Assembly: GCA_964344055.1 (NCBI GenBank)
Contig: CAYFLT010000011.1
Span: 1 to 55,412 of the forward strand
DNA from: an uncultured Candidatus Nemicrothrix sp.
GTDB lineage: Bacteria > Actinomycetota > Acidimicrobiia > Acidimicrobiales > Aldehydirespiratoraceae
Direction of reading: 5' to 3'
Length of the DNA stretch: 55,412 bases
Position numbers and translations under genes: made by a program. Of the stretch, positions 1-7,654 are shown one piece after another. Under the pieces are notes generated by a model that saw nothing but the letters and a program-made list of their open reading frames with translations, searched no databases and was not told where the DNA came from. Positions within the stretch are counted from its first letter, which is position 1. Each line of letters begins with the position of its first letter.

Positions 1-365
1 GGACCAGATCGGACCACCCCACTTACACACTCCCTGCAACGGTCCCGTTCCTTGATCATGTAGAGCAGGTGGTCCAGAGCGACACCAGGCTCGCCATGGT
101 TGAGATAGTCGGTGACGATGCTTCGCCCGTCGGCCAGGCCAGCCTGATCGAGACTCGATCCGGGCTCCGGGACGCCACCGACGGCGTCGAAGACCTCAAC
201 CATCAGCGGTTCGATGTCGTCGAGGACCGAACGAATCAGGACCTCGACAGGCGATGCCCCACTGAAGCGCCTCCTCACCCAGCGCTCGAGCCCGAAGAAG
301 GACGAGACGGAGACCGCAAGCCGTTGTCGCCGAGCCCTCCGGAGGTTCGCCTCTCCTTCATGCAC
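1..365 (-). CDS. Partial small protein, possible polymorphic-toxin immunity protein (MafI-like); C-terminus runs off the left edge
   Basis: Absent from the ORF track because no stop is reached before position 1. My minus-strand translation from GTG at 365 reads VHEGEANLRR...VEVLIRSVLDDIEPLMVEVFDAVGGVPEPGSSLDQAGLADGRSIVTDYLNHGEPGVALDHLLYMIKERD. The DYLNHGEPGVALDHLLY segment resembles the core I recall from MafI-type immunity proteins. It is codon-for-codon antisense to track ORF 69..377, so GC3 cannot discriminate. Start unresolved (365, 278 or 203). Confidence 0.35.
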   Translation of the reverse strand, partial: MHEGEANLRRARRQRLAVSVSSFFGLERWVRRRFSGASPVEVLIRSVLDDIEPLMVEVFDAVGGVPEPGSSLDQAGLADGRSIVTDYLNHGEPGVALDHLLYMIKERDRCRECVSGVVRSG

Positions 366-736
366 GGAGATCCCTAACCACGACCACCACAGCCCTCGAC
401 ACCACGTCGACACTACGCGGCCCGCTCAAGGGAGCGACCATACAGACGGGACCCTCACTTTCGCCGCGAAATCGGGGAGACACACTGGCAGGTTCCGCAA
501 ACGGAACCAGCGGGGCCTGCGGTCGACCCTCGTACGCGTTGATATGGCGACGGTCACCCGAGGATGGGGCCGGGTCCGCTCAGCCGATCGCACGCTCGCG
601 AGCGGTGCTGTGCCCGGCCCTCCGTTGAGGTCCCGAGTGGCGGCGGCGCCGCTGATAGGGCGGACAGTCCGTGAACGTCTGAACGGCCGGATCCGCTGAA
701 CACCGCGACACCTTCGACGGCAAACGGTGCTCGACC

Positions 737-770
737 GCCAACATGGCCACCAACGTGGTCGCCAACATGG
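737..770 (+). repeat. Three phased direct repeats CCAAC(A/G)TGG (739-747, 750-758, 762-770)
   Basis: Sequence cgCCAACATGGcCACCAACGTGGtcgCCAACATGG, spacing 11-12 nt. It lies in a roughly 500-nt non-coding stretch, about 140 nt upstream of the lipoprotein start, inside the putative island. Confidence 0.5.
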
Positions 771-905
771 GACCAGCAGGTTCACATCGATGACCGAAGA
801 TGTGGCGAAGCGAGATCTTGCTCGGGTGGACGCCCGTGGCCCTGCGGAACTGTGGCCAGCGTCCGCGACGGATCGGCCTGTGTGCGGTGTGCGACGATGC
901 CTGGC

Positions 906-2054
906 ATGGCGGGACGGTTCTGGCCCGGTCTGGCGATCGCGATGACGTTCGTGGCGACGTCGTGCGGGTTCGCGGATGCTGAACGGAACCGTACTTACAT
1001 GTACGTGCGGGTCGAGGGGCACAGTGTCGAGGAGGCGATCGACTTCGTCGCCGTCTGGTCGGGGCACCGGCAACAGGTTGGATTCGTCGACGACTTCATG
1101 GACCGAGCGCTGCACGATCTGGATCTCCCAACCACCGAGGGAGCAGAGCGGTGCTTGACTGAGGCGGTCCTGGTGCACGACTCGCTGGGGGCGTTGGTCG
1201 GGGAGGCCGATCCTGGGACCTGCCTACAAGAACAGTCGGAGGGAGTCTTCATCCTGATGGTCCCGAGGACGGCTGCGGAAGGATCATCGCGTTCTGGGGA
1301 GCTCCCCGACTCGGCGTTTCCCGACGGGATCGAACTCGGCGAGGATCTCTCGACGGTGGCAGCAGAGGAACTGTCGGATCGCTTCGGGTCCTACCTGCTG
1401 GTCGGGTACGACGGCGGCGCCGTCGTCCTCGACAGCGAGGCCAAGGTGCTCGGTCACATACCTGGCCGCAGTGATCAGCGACTGCCCGCGTTGGACCGCG
1501 TGGAAGCTCTGACCGAACAGATTCGCCGGCAAGGCCGGTCGATCCCCGAGGAATGTGCAGTCGATGAGGAGCTCGGCCAACAACAGTTGCGGCTGTTCTG
1601 TACCAACGACGAAACCGGGCCAACCATCGAGATCCTGCTCCCCTCTGAAGAGCGTCGAATCGTTTCGTGGGCGCCACCGACGCTGGGAGCTCCCGCCGGG
1701 GACCCTGTTGCTGCGTTCCTGGGAGCGTGGCCGCAACCCGGGGTGCGGGGGACTTCGCTGGAGCAGCTCATTGGTCACTGCGACGATCTCACCGCGGTCG
1801 TCAATCACAATCTGACCACCCGTCATCTCGATGGGTCCTCGTTGCTGACCGACCCTCCTGACCATCAAACGACCGCACTGGGGTGGCTCGGCGATCGGGC
1901 GCTCGTCTGGCATCACCAATCGAACTGCTCTACCACGCCCATCGACGAGGGGATCTACGTCTACGACCTGCTCGGCTCTGCAGAACTGCTCGTCGAGACA
2001 ACGGGCGACGTCCGGTGGGTCGAGTTGGTCAAACCGACGCTGACCAGTGGTTGA
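906..2054 (+). CDS. Putative secreted lipoprotein, unknown function
   Basis: Track ORF 852..2054. The in-frame ATG at 906 gives MAGRFWPGLAIAMTFVATSCGF, a signal peptide ending in a lipobox-like VATSC. No family recognised. Confidence 0.6.
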   Translation: MAGRFWPGLAIAMTFVATSCGFADAERNRTYMYVRVEGHSVEEAIDFVAVWSGHRQQVGFVDDFMDRALHDLDLPTTEGAERCLTEAVLVHDSLGALVGEADPGTCLQEQSEGVFILMVPRTAAEGSSRSGELPDSAFPDGIELGEDLSTVAAEELSDRFGSYLLVGYDGGAVVLDSEAKVLGHIPGRSDQRLPALDRVEALTEQIRRQGRSIPEECAVDEELGQQQLRLFCTNDETGPTIEILLPSEERRIVSWAPPTLGAPAGDPVAAFLGAWPQPGVRGTSLEQLIGHCDDLTAVVNHNLTTRHLDGSSLLTDPPDHQTTALGWLGDRALVWHHQSNCSTTPIDEGIYVYDLLGSAELLVETTGDVRWVELVKPTLTSG

Positions 2055-2107
2055 CCCGTGAGCTTGCGATCACACCGTCTGGATGTGATGCGGCGCCCGC
2101 TTCGGGA

Positions 2108-3241
2108 CTATTCATTCAGTAGGTCGCCTATGACCTCGGCCGCTTGTGTGTCAGCTCCAGCGGTTCGATGCGCGTAGATCCTGAGTGTCGTCGTGCCGCT
2201 CGCGTGGCCGAGGCGCGCGGCGACGGTCGGCAGCGGGACCCCGGAGTCCAGCAGCTGGGTCGCCTGCCAGTGGCGCAGATCGTGAAGCCGAATCGCGCGA
2301 GTGACCCCGGCGAGATCCCTCACCCGGGCCCAGCGAGCGGAGACAGAGTCTGGCCGCCAGGCCGACATCCCATCTGGCGTGAAGATGTAGCTGGCCTCGG
2401 CGGTCAGTTCGGTTGGCCGGCTATCTCGGAGTTCGAGCATCGTCTGCAGCGTCGCGGGGTCGAGATGCACGGTCCGGGTGGACCGAGTCTTCGTCGACTT
2501 GTCTTCGCGTGTCCCCGGCACGGCCACGTGAGTCCGCTCGATCGTGAGCGTGCCGGTATCTGTGTCGAGGTCGCCCCACTTGAGTGCACAGGCCTCAGCC
2601 CGTCGCATTCCCGTCGCCGCCACCAGACGAACGTAGGCGCCGAAGTCGGGGTCGAGGTCGGCCGCGGCTGCGAGCAGGCGCCGCAGCTCGTCTTCCGATG
2701 GCGGCTCCTGGACTCTTTGGGGTTGCGATGGTGGGGATGCCAGCTTGGCGACGTTGCGGCCGACGAGGCCCCACCGCTCGGCCTGGTTGAGCGCGGCGCG
2801 CAAGATCGCGTGGGCCTGACGGATCGTCGTAGGGGCGAGCCCTCGGTCCTGCAATGCGGCGTAGAAGCGATCGATGTCGAGCGCGGTGAGCTTCGACAGG
2901 CGGACGGATCCGAGAGCGGGGTTCAGGTCGCGCTCGATGTAGCGGCCGTACCCGTAGAGCGTGTTCTCAGATCGCCCCTTCGCTCGGAGGTGCTCCATCC
3001 ATCGGTCCAGGAGCTGGGCGAGGGAGATGTCCTCGGGTCCAACCCGTCCGGATCGCGCCTCGACCTCGAGCTGAGAGAGCGCGGCCTTGGCGTCGCGTTT
3101 GGTGGCGGCTTCGATAGTGCGGATCACGCGCCGGTACTTGCCGGTACCGGGATCGCGGCCGGCCGAGACCGTGAGCTCCCAGGTGCCCGGACTCCGCTGT
3201 CGCATGCTCCCCACCGCATCGCCTCCCAGCATTCGCGGCAA
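2108..3241 (-). CDS. Tyrosine-type site-specific integrase
   Basis: Track ORF, 377 aa. The C-terminus RLHDLRHWQATQLLDSGVPLPTVAARLGHASGTTTLRIYAH carries the HxxR...H...Y catalytic signature. The N-terminal core-binding-like region is LRAKGRSENTLYGYGRYI. An alternative start lies at 3205. Confidence 0.9.
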   Translation of the reverse strand: MPRMLGGDAVGSMRQRSPGTWELTVSAGRDPGTGKYRRVIRTIEAATKRDAKAALSQLEVEARSGRVGPEDISLAQLLDRWMEHLRAKGRSENTLYGYGRYIERDLNPALGSVRLSKLTALDIDRFYAALQDRGLAPTTIRQAHAILRAALNQAERWGLVGRNVAKLASPPSQPQRVQEPPSEDELRRLLAAAADLDPDFGAYVRLVAATGMRRAEACALKWGDLDTDTGTLTIERTHVAVPGTREDKSTKTRSTRTVHLDPATLQTMLELRDSRPTELTAEASYIFTPDGMSAWRPDSVSARWARVRDLAGVTRAIRLHDLRHWQATQLLDSGVPLPTVAARLGHASGTTTLRIYAHRTAGADTQAAEVIGDLLNE

Positions 3242-3311
3242 TTTCGCGGCAACGATAGAAGGCTCAGGCGAAAGATTCCAGAAGAACGTACTCTGAGCTG
3301 GGCTTTTTCAG

Positions 3312-3384
3312 TAGGCCGCCCGGGTCTCGAACCCGGCACCTTGGGATTAAAAGTCCCCTGCTCTACCAGATGAGCTAGCGGCCC
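3312..3384 (-). tRNA. tRNA-Lys (anticodon UUU)
   Basis: Minus strand reads GGGCCGC TA GCTC ATCTGGTA GAGC A GGGGA CTTTTAA TCCCA AGGTG CCGGG TTCGAGA CCCGG GCGGCCT A. This is a 73-nt cloverleaf with anticodon loop CTTTTAA. CCA is not encoded. Confidence 0.9.
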
Positions 3385-3425
3385 ACGACGAGGCTACGGC
3401 CAATGACCTCTGAGGGCACTCGCGA

Positions 3426-3470
3426 AACCTGGCAGGGTTTTGGTGTCAGGTACCAAAACCCTGCCAGGTT
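3426..3470. terminator. Perfect 19-bp-stem hairpin, likely terminator or insulator between the hydrolase operon and tRNA-Lys
   Basis: AACCTGGCAGGGTTTTGGT (3426-3444), loop gtcaggt, ACCAAAACCCTGCCAGGTT (3452-3470). The right arm ends at the first base of the hydrolase stop codon (3470-3472). On the minus strand only a weak U-tract (TTTCGCG) follows. Confidence 0.6.
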
Positions 3471-4171
3471 CACCACCTGGGAACGGCGTCGAGGAATTCG
3501 AGGGCGGCGTCGATGAAGCCGAACTGCTTGGGCAGCGAGAAGTGGTCGACACCGGGGAGGACGATGGTCTTCACGTCGGGCAGGAGCTCGGCGAGCGGTT
3601 CGGGTCGGCCGACGAAATCCTCGTCGCCGATCACCAGGAGACACCGCGACGTCACGGTGGCGAGCTGTGCCGGGGTGAAGGCCCGGAATGTGCCGCTCAT
3701 CCACTCCTGTAGTGCCGTCAGCGCCTCCGGATCGTTGTGGCCGTCATTGATCAGGCCCTGGAAGCGGTAGCCGACATTGTCGGTGCCGAGATCGTGGGCC
3801 ACTTCGCCATCGTTGGGTCGGTGTCCTCCGCCGACCAGGTTCGCGCCGACACCCCCTAGGACGAGCCGGCGGATTCGGCCCGGATGCCGCATCGCCACTT
3901 CGAGCGCGGTGCGGGCCCCGAGCGAGTAGCCGACGACGTCGACCTCACGGAGGGAGCCATCCATGCTCTTCGGCATCTTGGAGATCACATGATCGAGGAA
4001 GCCCTCGTAGCCCGCGGCCTCGTGGGGCTTGTCCGACTCTCCGTGCCCGAGAAGGTCGATTCCGATCGGCTTGCGACCACCCTCCTGCACGAGGTCGAAC
4101 CATCCGGGCTCGCGCCACGTCCGTTCGGTCGAGGTGGCGAAACCGTGGAGGAAGATGACCGGCACGCTCAC
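3470..4171 (-). CDS. Alpha/beta-fold hydrolase
   Basis: Track ORF, 233 aa. Contains VIFLHGFATS (HG oxyanion motif) and the nucleophile elbow VVGYSLGARTAL (GxSxG). The GTG start overlaps the sulfatase stop (GTGA). Confidence 0.8.
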   Translation of the reverse strand: MSVPVIFLHGFATSTERTWREPGWFDLVQEGGRKPIGIDLLGHGESDKPHEAAGYEGFLDHVISKMPKSMDGSLREVDVVGYSLGARTALEVAMRHPGRIRRLVLGGVGANLVGGGHRPNDGEVAHDLGTDNVGYRFQGLINDGHNDPEALTALQEWMSGTFRAFTPAQLATVTSRCLLVIGDEDFVGRPEPLAELLPDVKTIVLPGVDHFSLPKQFGFIDAALEFLDAVPRW

Positions 4172-5667
4172 GACGTTGCTCCTGGGCCGAGTTCGGCAGC
4201 CTCGATCTCGAGGAGGCGTTCGAAGTTCGCCCGCAACTCGATCCGCCGGCCCCGGTCGTTGGCCAGGTTGACCAGCTCGTGCGGGTCAGTGTCGACTTCG
4301 TACCACTCATGGTCGTGGTCCTCGAAGGCGGCATCGACGTCGAACAGCTTCGGCATCTCGTCGGGCGTGCCGTCTCGACGGATTCCGCCGCCGATGCCGT
4401 AGTAGCGGGCGTACTTGGTCTGACCGTCGAAGAACCCGCGCACCGCGTAGCGGGTGTTGCGGATCAGGTCGGACTGGGCGGAGTCCTGAGAGAAGAAGAC
4501 GTAGTCGCGAGGCGAGGCAGTCGGATCGGCCAGCGCGGGAGTCAGGTCCACGCCGGACAGGCTCGGCGAATCGTCGACATCGACCCCACCGAGCGCACAC
4601 AAGGTGGTGGCCAGGTCGACGTGGGTGGCGAGCGCATCGGTCTCCGTACCGGGCTGGGTCACACCTGGTGCCTTCACGATCAACGGCACCCCCATGACCT
4701 CTTCGTAGACGCACGGAAGCTTCGCCCGCAGCCCGTGGGAGCCGCAGGCGTCGCCGTGATCCGAGGTGTACGCAATGACCGTGTCGTCGTAGATGCCGAG
4801 TTCGTCGAGGCACCCGAGGAGCTCGGCGAGGTTCTGATCGAGCTCGGTGTGGAGGTAGGCGTAGTAGTCGAGCTGGCGTCGCCATGCCCGTTCGTTGGCC
4901 AGGTCGAGTGTGCCGACGAAGTGCTCGGTGTTACGGACCTGCCGCCACGCTCGCTGGATCTCGGGCTTGGTGTGGAGATCATCGTGGAAGTTCTCGGGAA
5001 GATCCTCGAACAGCTCCGGGTAGTCCTCCGAGGTCGGTTCCACCGGCACGCCTTCGAGCCGGAGGTTCCGCATGTACTCGAAGACCCCCTTCTCCTTCGG
5101 GTTGTCGTCCTGGTAGGAGAGGTGGTCGATCGGGAACCACATGATGTCGTGGGGGTTCACGAGAGCGACCGTGAGGTGCCACGGCTCGTCCCGGGTGCCG
5201 TGTTCCTTCAGCCACGAGATGGCGTCGCGGGCGATGATGGGATCGAAGTACCGGCCGCTCCATGCCGCACCCGTGTAGTGCATGTCGTTGCCCCGGAAGT
5301 CGTGGTAGCCGTAGTCCTCCATCGGGGGGATTTCGGCGTGGGAGAGGTGCCACTTGCCGAGGTACGCCGAGTAGTAGCCCCGGTCCCCGAGGAGACTGCC
5401 AACGGTCGGGATCTCAGGAGCGAGCTGGGTGTGGGCGGGGAACGACACATTGTCGACCACCCCGTGTTCGGCCAGGTAGCTGCCGGTGTAGAGGCTGGCC
5501 CGACTGGGCGAGCACGGTGATGCATGCGTGTAGTACCGGTTGAACGTCATCCCGTCTGCCTGCAGCCGCTGGTGGGCGGGCAGGTGGACCTTCCCATCGA
5601 GCCAGTCGTTTCGACGCTCCTCATCGGAGACGATCAGGAGGATGTTGGGCTGTTTCACACCGGCCAT
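4168..5667 (-). CDS. Sulfatase (Cys-type, formylglycine-dependent), no signal peptide
   Basis: Track ORF 4168..6132 trimmed to ATG 5667 (MAGVKQPNILLIVSDEE). The discarded upstream 155 aa is Arg-rich and overlaps the acyltransferase gene. Sulfatase signature CSPSRASLYTGSY (C-x-P-x-R), plus GKWHL. Confidence 0.85.
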   Translation of the reverse strand: MAGVKQPNILLIVSDEERRNDWLDGKVHLPAHQRLQADGMTFNRYYTHASPCSPSRASLYTGSYLAEHGVVDNVSFPAHTQLAPEIPTVGSLLGDRGYYSAYLGKWHLSHAEIPPMEDYGYHDFRGNDMHYTGAAWSGRYFDPIIARDAISWLKEHGTRDEPWHLTVALVNPHDIMWFPIDHLSYQDDNPKEKGVFEYMRNLRLEGVPVEPTSEDYPELFEDLPENFHDDLHTKPEIQRAWRQVRNTEHFVGTLDLANERAWRRQLDYYAYLHTELDQNLAELLGCLDELGIYDDTVIAYTSDHGDACGSHGLRAKLPCVYEEVMGVPLIVKAPGVTQPGTETDALATHVDLATTLCALGGVDVDDSPSLSGVDLTPALADPTASPRDYVFFSQDSAQSDLIRNTRYAVRGFFDGQTKYARYYGIGGGIRRDGTPDEMPKLFDVDAAFEDHDHEWYEVDTDPHELVNLANDRGRRIELRANFERLLEIEAAELGPGATS

Positions 5668-5678
5668 GGCCGCCGAAA

Positions 5679-6335
5679 CTAGAGGCGGGCGATGATTGCC
5701 GCCATCTGGGCGCGGACGTTCTCCTCGACCTCTTCGTCGGTGGCACCGACCACATCGACGGGCGTGCCGACGCCGAGCGTGACGTGCGGTCGTCGTAGGC
5801 GGAGTCGGGGGAGCTTCGCCCGGGATGGCCACACCCGATCGGCGTTGACCAGCGCCACCGGCAGGACGAGCGCGTCGCCCCCACGAGCGATGTCGATGAA
5901 TCCGGTGCGGAACTCGCCGATCCCGTCCTCGGCCCGCTGATCGGGTGGTGTGATCCGCCCCTCGGGCATGACCGCGACCGGAGTGCCGGATTCGAGCGCT
6001 TCGACCGCGATTGCGGTGGCGTCGGTGCCGCCGCCTCCTGCCGCGATGAAGCCGATCGAACGGAGCCAGCGACCCATCAGAGGGTTCTTGAAGTAGGAAT
6101 ATCGCACGAGGCAGCGGGCGGGGAGCCCCCAATCGCTCAGCACCGCGACCGCGTAGAACACATCGGCGAGGCTCGTGTGGTTGGCCACGAACACGACCCG
6201 CCGACCGCCCAGGTCCGGCAGCGGCTCAGACGTCGTTCGGCTGAGGACGTGGCCGATCAGCCGGAACAGCCAGCCCGAGATGGCGTAGGCCCTCGGGACC
6301 GGAATGGAGTCGGCAGAGCGGCCCGCGTAGGACAT
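5679..6335 (-). CDS. 1-acyl-sn-glycerol-3-phosphate acyltransferase family (PlsC-like)
   Basis: Track ORF, 218 aa. HxxxxD acyltransferase motif in VANHTSLADV; second motif in AVMPEGRI. Confidence 0.8.
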   Translation of the reverse strand: MSYAGRSADSIPVPRAYAISGWLFRLIGHVLSRTTSEPLPDLGGRRVVFVANHTSLADVFYAVAVLSDWGLPARCLVRYSYFKNPLMGRWLRSIGFIAAGGGGTDATAIAVEALESGTPVAVMPEGRITPPDQRAEDGIGEFRTGFIDIARGGDALVLPVALVNADRVWPSRAKLPRLRLRRPHVTLGVGTPVDVVGATDEEVEENVRAQMAAIIARL

Positions 6336-6382
6336 GGTCGCTGTCTATCGGTTTCCACTGCGGATCGGATGCGGGCGGGGCG

Positions 6383-7654
6383 GTGGGCCGCCGATACGGT
6401 GCCGGGATGCCCCCATCCGACCCCCACGCCGCCGTCGATCCGGCGCGTGCCGAGCGGGTCTACACGCCGAGGATTCTCGGCCTGTTCGTGGCGGCGATCG
6501 CCTACTTCACCACGACCGGTGTGTCGTTCCCCGTCCTGCCCCGCCTGGTCGAACGGGAACTGGGCGGCTCCGAAGCGGACATCGGTCTCGCGTTTGCGTT
6601 CTGGGCGCTCGGGATGCTGTTCATGCGGCCGATCGGTGGGCTCCTCTCGGACCGCATCGGCCGCAGACCCCTGATCATCGGTGGGTCGCTCGCGGTGGCG
6701 CTCCTCCAGCTCGCTCATCCGGCGGCCGCCGAGACGGGCCAGTTGTGGGTGCTGTTCGCGGTCCGGATAGCCACCGGCGCGGCCAGTTCGGTGATGTACC
6801 TGGGGCAGGCGACCATGGCCACCGAGCTGCCGCCGAGCGAGCATCGCGACCGGGTCTTCGCTGCCTTCTCGACGATCATCCTGATCGGTTTCGCGATCGG
6901 TCAGGTGGCCGGAGAGTGGGCGTTCCAGGAGTGGGGGTTCTGGGCCGCCTTCGGCTTCTCCGCGGGGTGCAGCTTCCTCGCCACCCTGGTCGGCCTGACC
7001 CTGCCCGAGACCCGACCGTCGACGGTCGTGGTCCGCCCGGGCATCCGCAACCTCGTCCATCCGGTGGCGGCCCGGGTGGGAGTCGTGGCACTGGTGATCT
7101 TCATCGCGTTCATGGGCTTCAACGGGTTCATCACCGACTACGGCGAGGAGTTCGGGCTCGAGGAAGCCCGCTGGCTGCTGCTCACCTACACGATCACCAC
7201 GATCGGCATGCGGGCCGTGTCGGGCAAGGTGTTCGCGTCAATCAGCCGTCGGCGCCTGACGACATTCGCCTTCTCGGTCGTTGCGGTCGGGGCGCTCGTG
7301 CTGGCGCTGGCGACCGAATCCCGTCATCTCTACCTCGGCGCGTTCGTGATGGCGGTCGGGATGGCGTGGGTGGTGCCGCTCCTGATCCTGATCGCGGTCG
7401 ACAGCACTCCCGACGACGATCGGTCCCGCGTCGTCGCCACCGTGACCATGTTCAACGACGTCGCCAGTTCGGTCGGCGCGTTCCTGCTCGGAATCGTGGC
7501 CGAAGTCGCCGGCTACGACGGGATGTACGTGACCGTCACCTGTGGCGCAGTGCTGGCGCTGATCCTGGTGCGGAGCCCGTTCTTGTGGTCGTTGAAGGGG
7601 TTCAATCCCGAGGCGCCGGGCCCGGCACTCAGGGCTGCTCCCCGCTCCGGTTGA
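6383..7654 (+). CDS. MFS transporter
   Basis: Track ORF, 423 aa, about 12 hydrophobic segments. The MFS loop motif is LSDRIGRRPLII. The start could instead be the ATG at 6407. Confidence 0.8.
   Translation: MGRRYGAGMPPSDPHAAVDPARAERVYTPRILGLFVAAIAYFTTTGVSFPVLPRLVERELGGSEADIGLAFAFWALGMLFMRPIGGLLSDRIGRRPLIIGGSLAVALLQLAHPAAAETGQLWVLFAVRIATGAASSVMYLGQATMATELPPSEHRDRVFAAFSTIILIGFAIGQVAGEWAFQEWGFWAAFGFSAGCSFLATLVGLTLPETRPSTVVVRPGIRNLVHPVAARVGVVALVIFIAFMGFNGFITDYGEEFGLEEARWLLLTYTITTIGMRAVSGKVFASISRRRLTTFAFSVVAVGALVLALATESRHLYLGAFVMAVGMAWVVPLLILIAVDSTPDDDRSRVVATVTMFNDVASSVGAFLLGIVAEVAGYDGMYVTVTCGAVLALILVRSPFLWSLKGFNPEAPGPALRAAPRSG

Larger units (their letters stand above)
1..3384. mobile_element. 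Possible edge of an integrated element: tyrosine integrase abutting the 3' end of tRNA-Lys; the other boundary is not in the window
   Basis: The integrase start (3241) is 70 nt from the tRNA-Lys 3' end (3312), same strand. This is the classic tRNA-att arrangement. Cargo to the left is a lipoprotein and an immunity-like gene. No direct repeat of the tRNA 3' end was found in 1..2100, so the extent is unknown. Confidence 0.4.

Noticed and set aside
69-377. Track ORF 69..377 (+), 102 aa
   Set aside because: It is exactly codon-antisense to the minus-strand frame that carries an immunity-protein-like motif. Its own C-terminal half is low-complexity (PPHPALEPEEGRDGDRKPLSPSPPE). I prefer the minus strand, but only weakly.
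491-508. Hairpin GGTTCCG-caaa-CGGAACC in the non-coding stretch of the island
   Set aside because: It has a short stem, no U-tract on either strand and no gene end nearby to terminate. There is not enough evidence to call a feature.
1-2100. Second att site (direct repeat of the tRNA-Lys 3' end) within the window
   Set aside because: I found no match to the tRNA 3' segment (GCCGCCCGGGTCTCGAACC on the plus strand) by eye. The island boundary is presumably left of position 1.
5668-6132. N-terminal 155-aa extension of the sulfatase ORF
   Set aside because: It is Arg/His-rich junk that overlaps the acyltransferase gene in another frame. The sulfatase homology begins at the internal ATG 5667.
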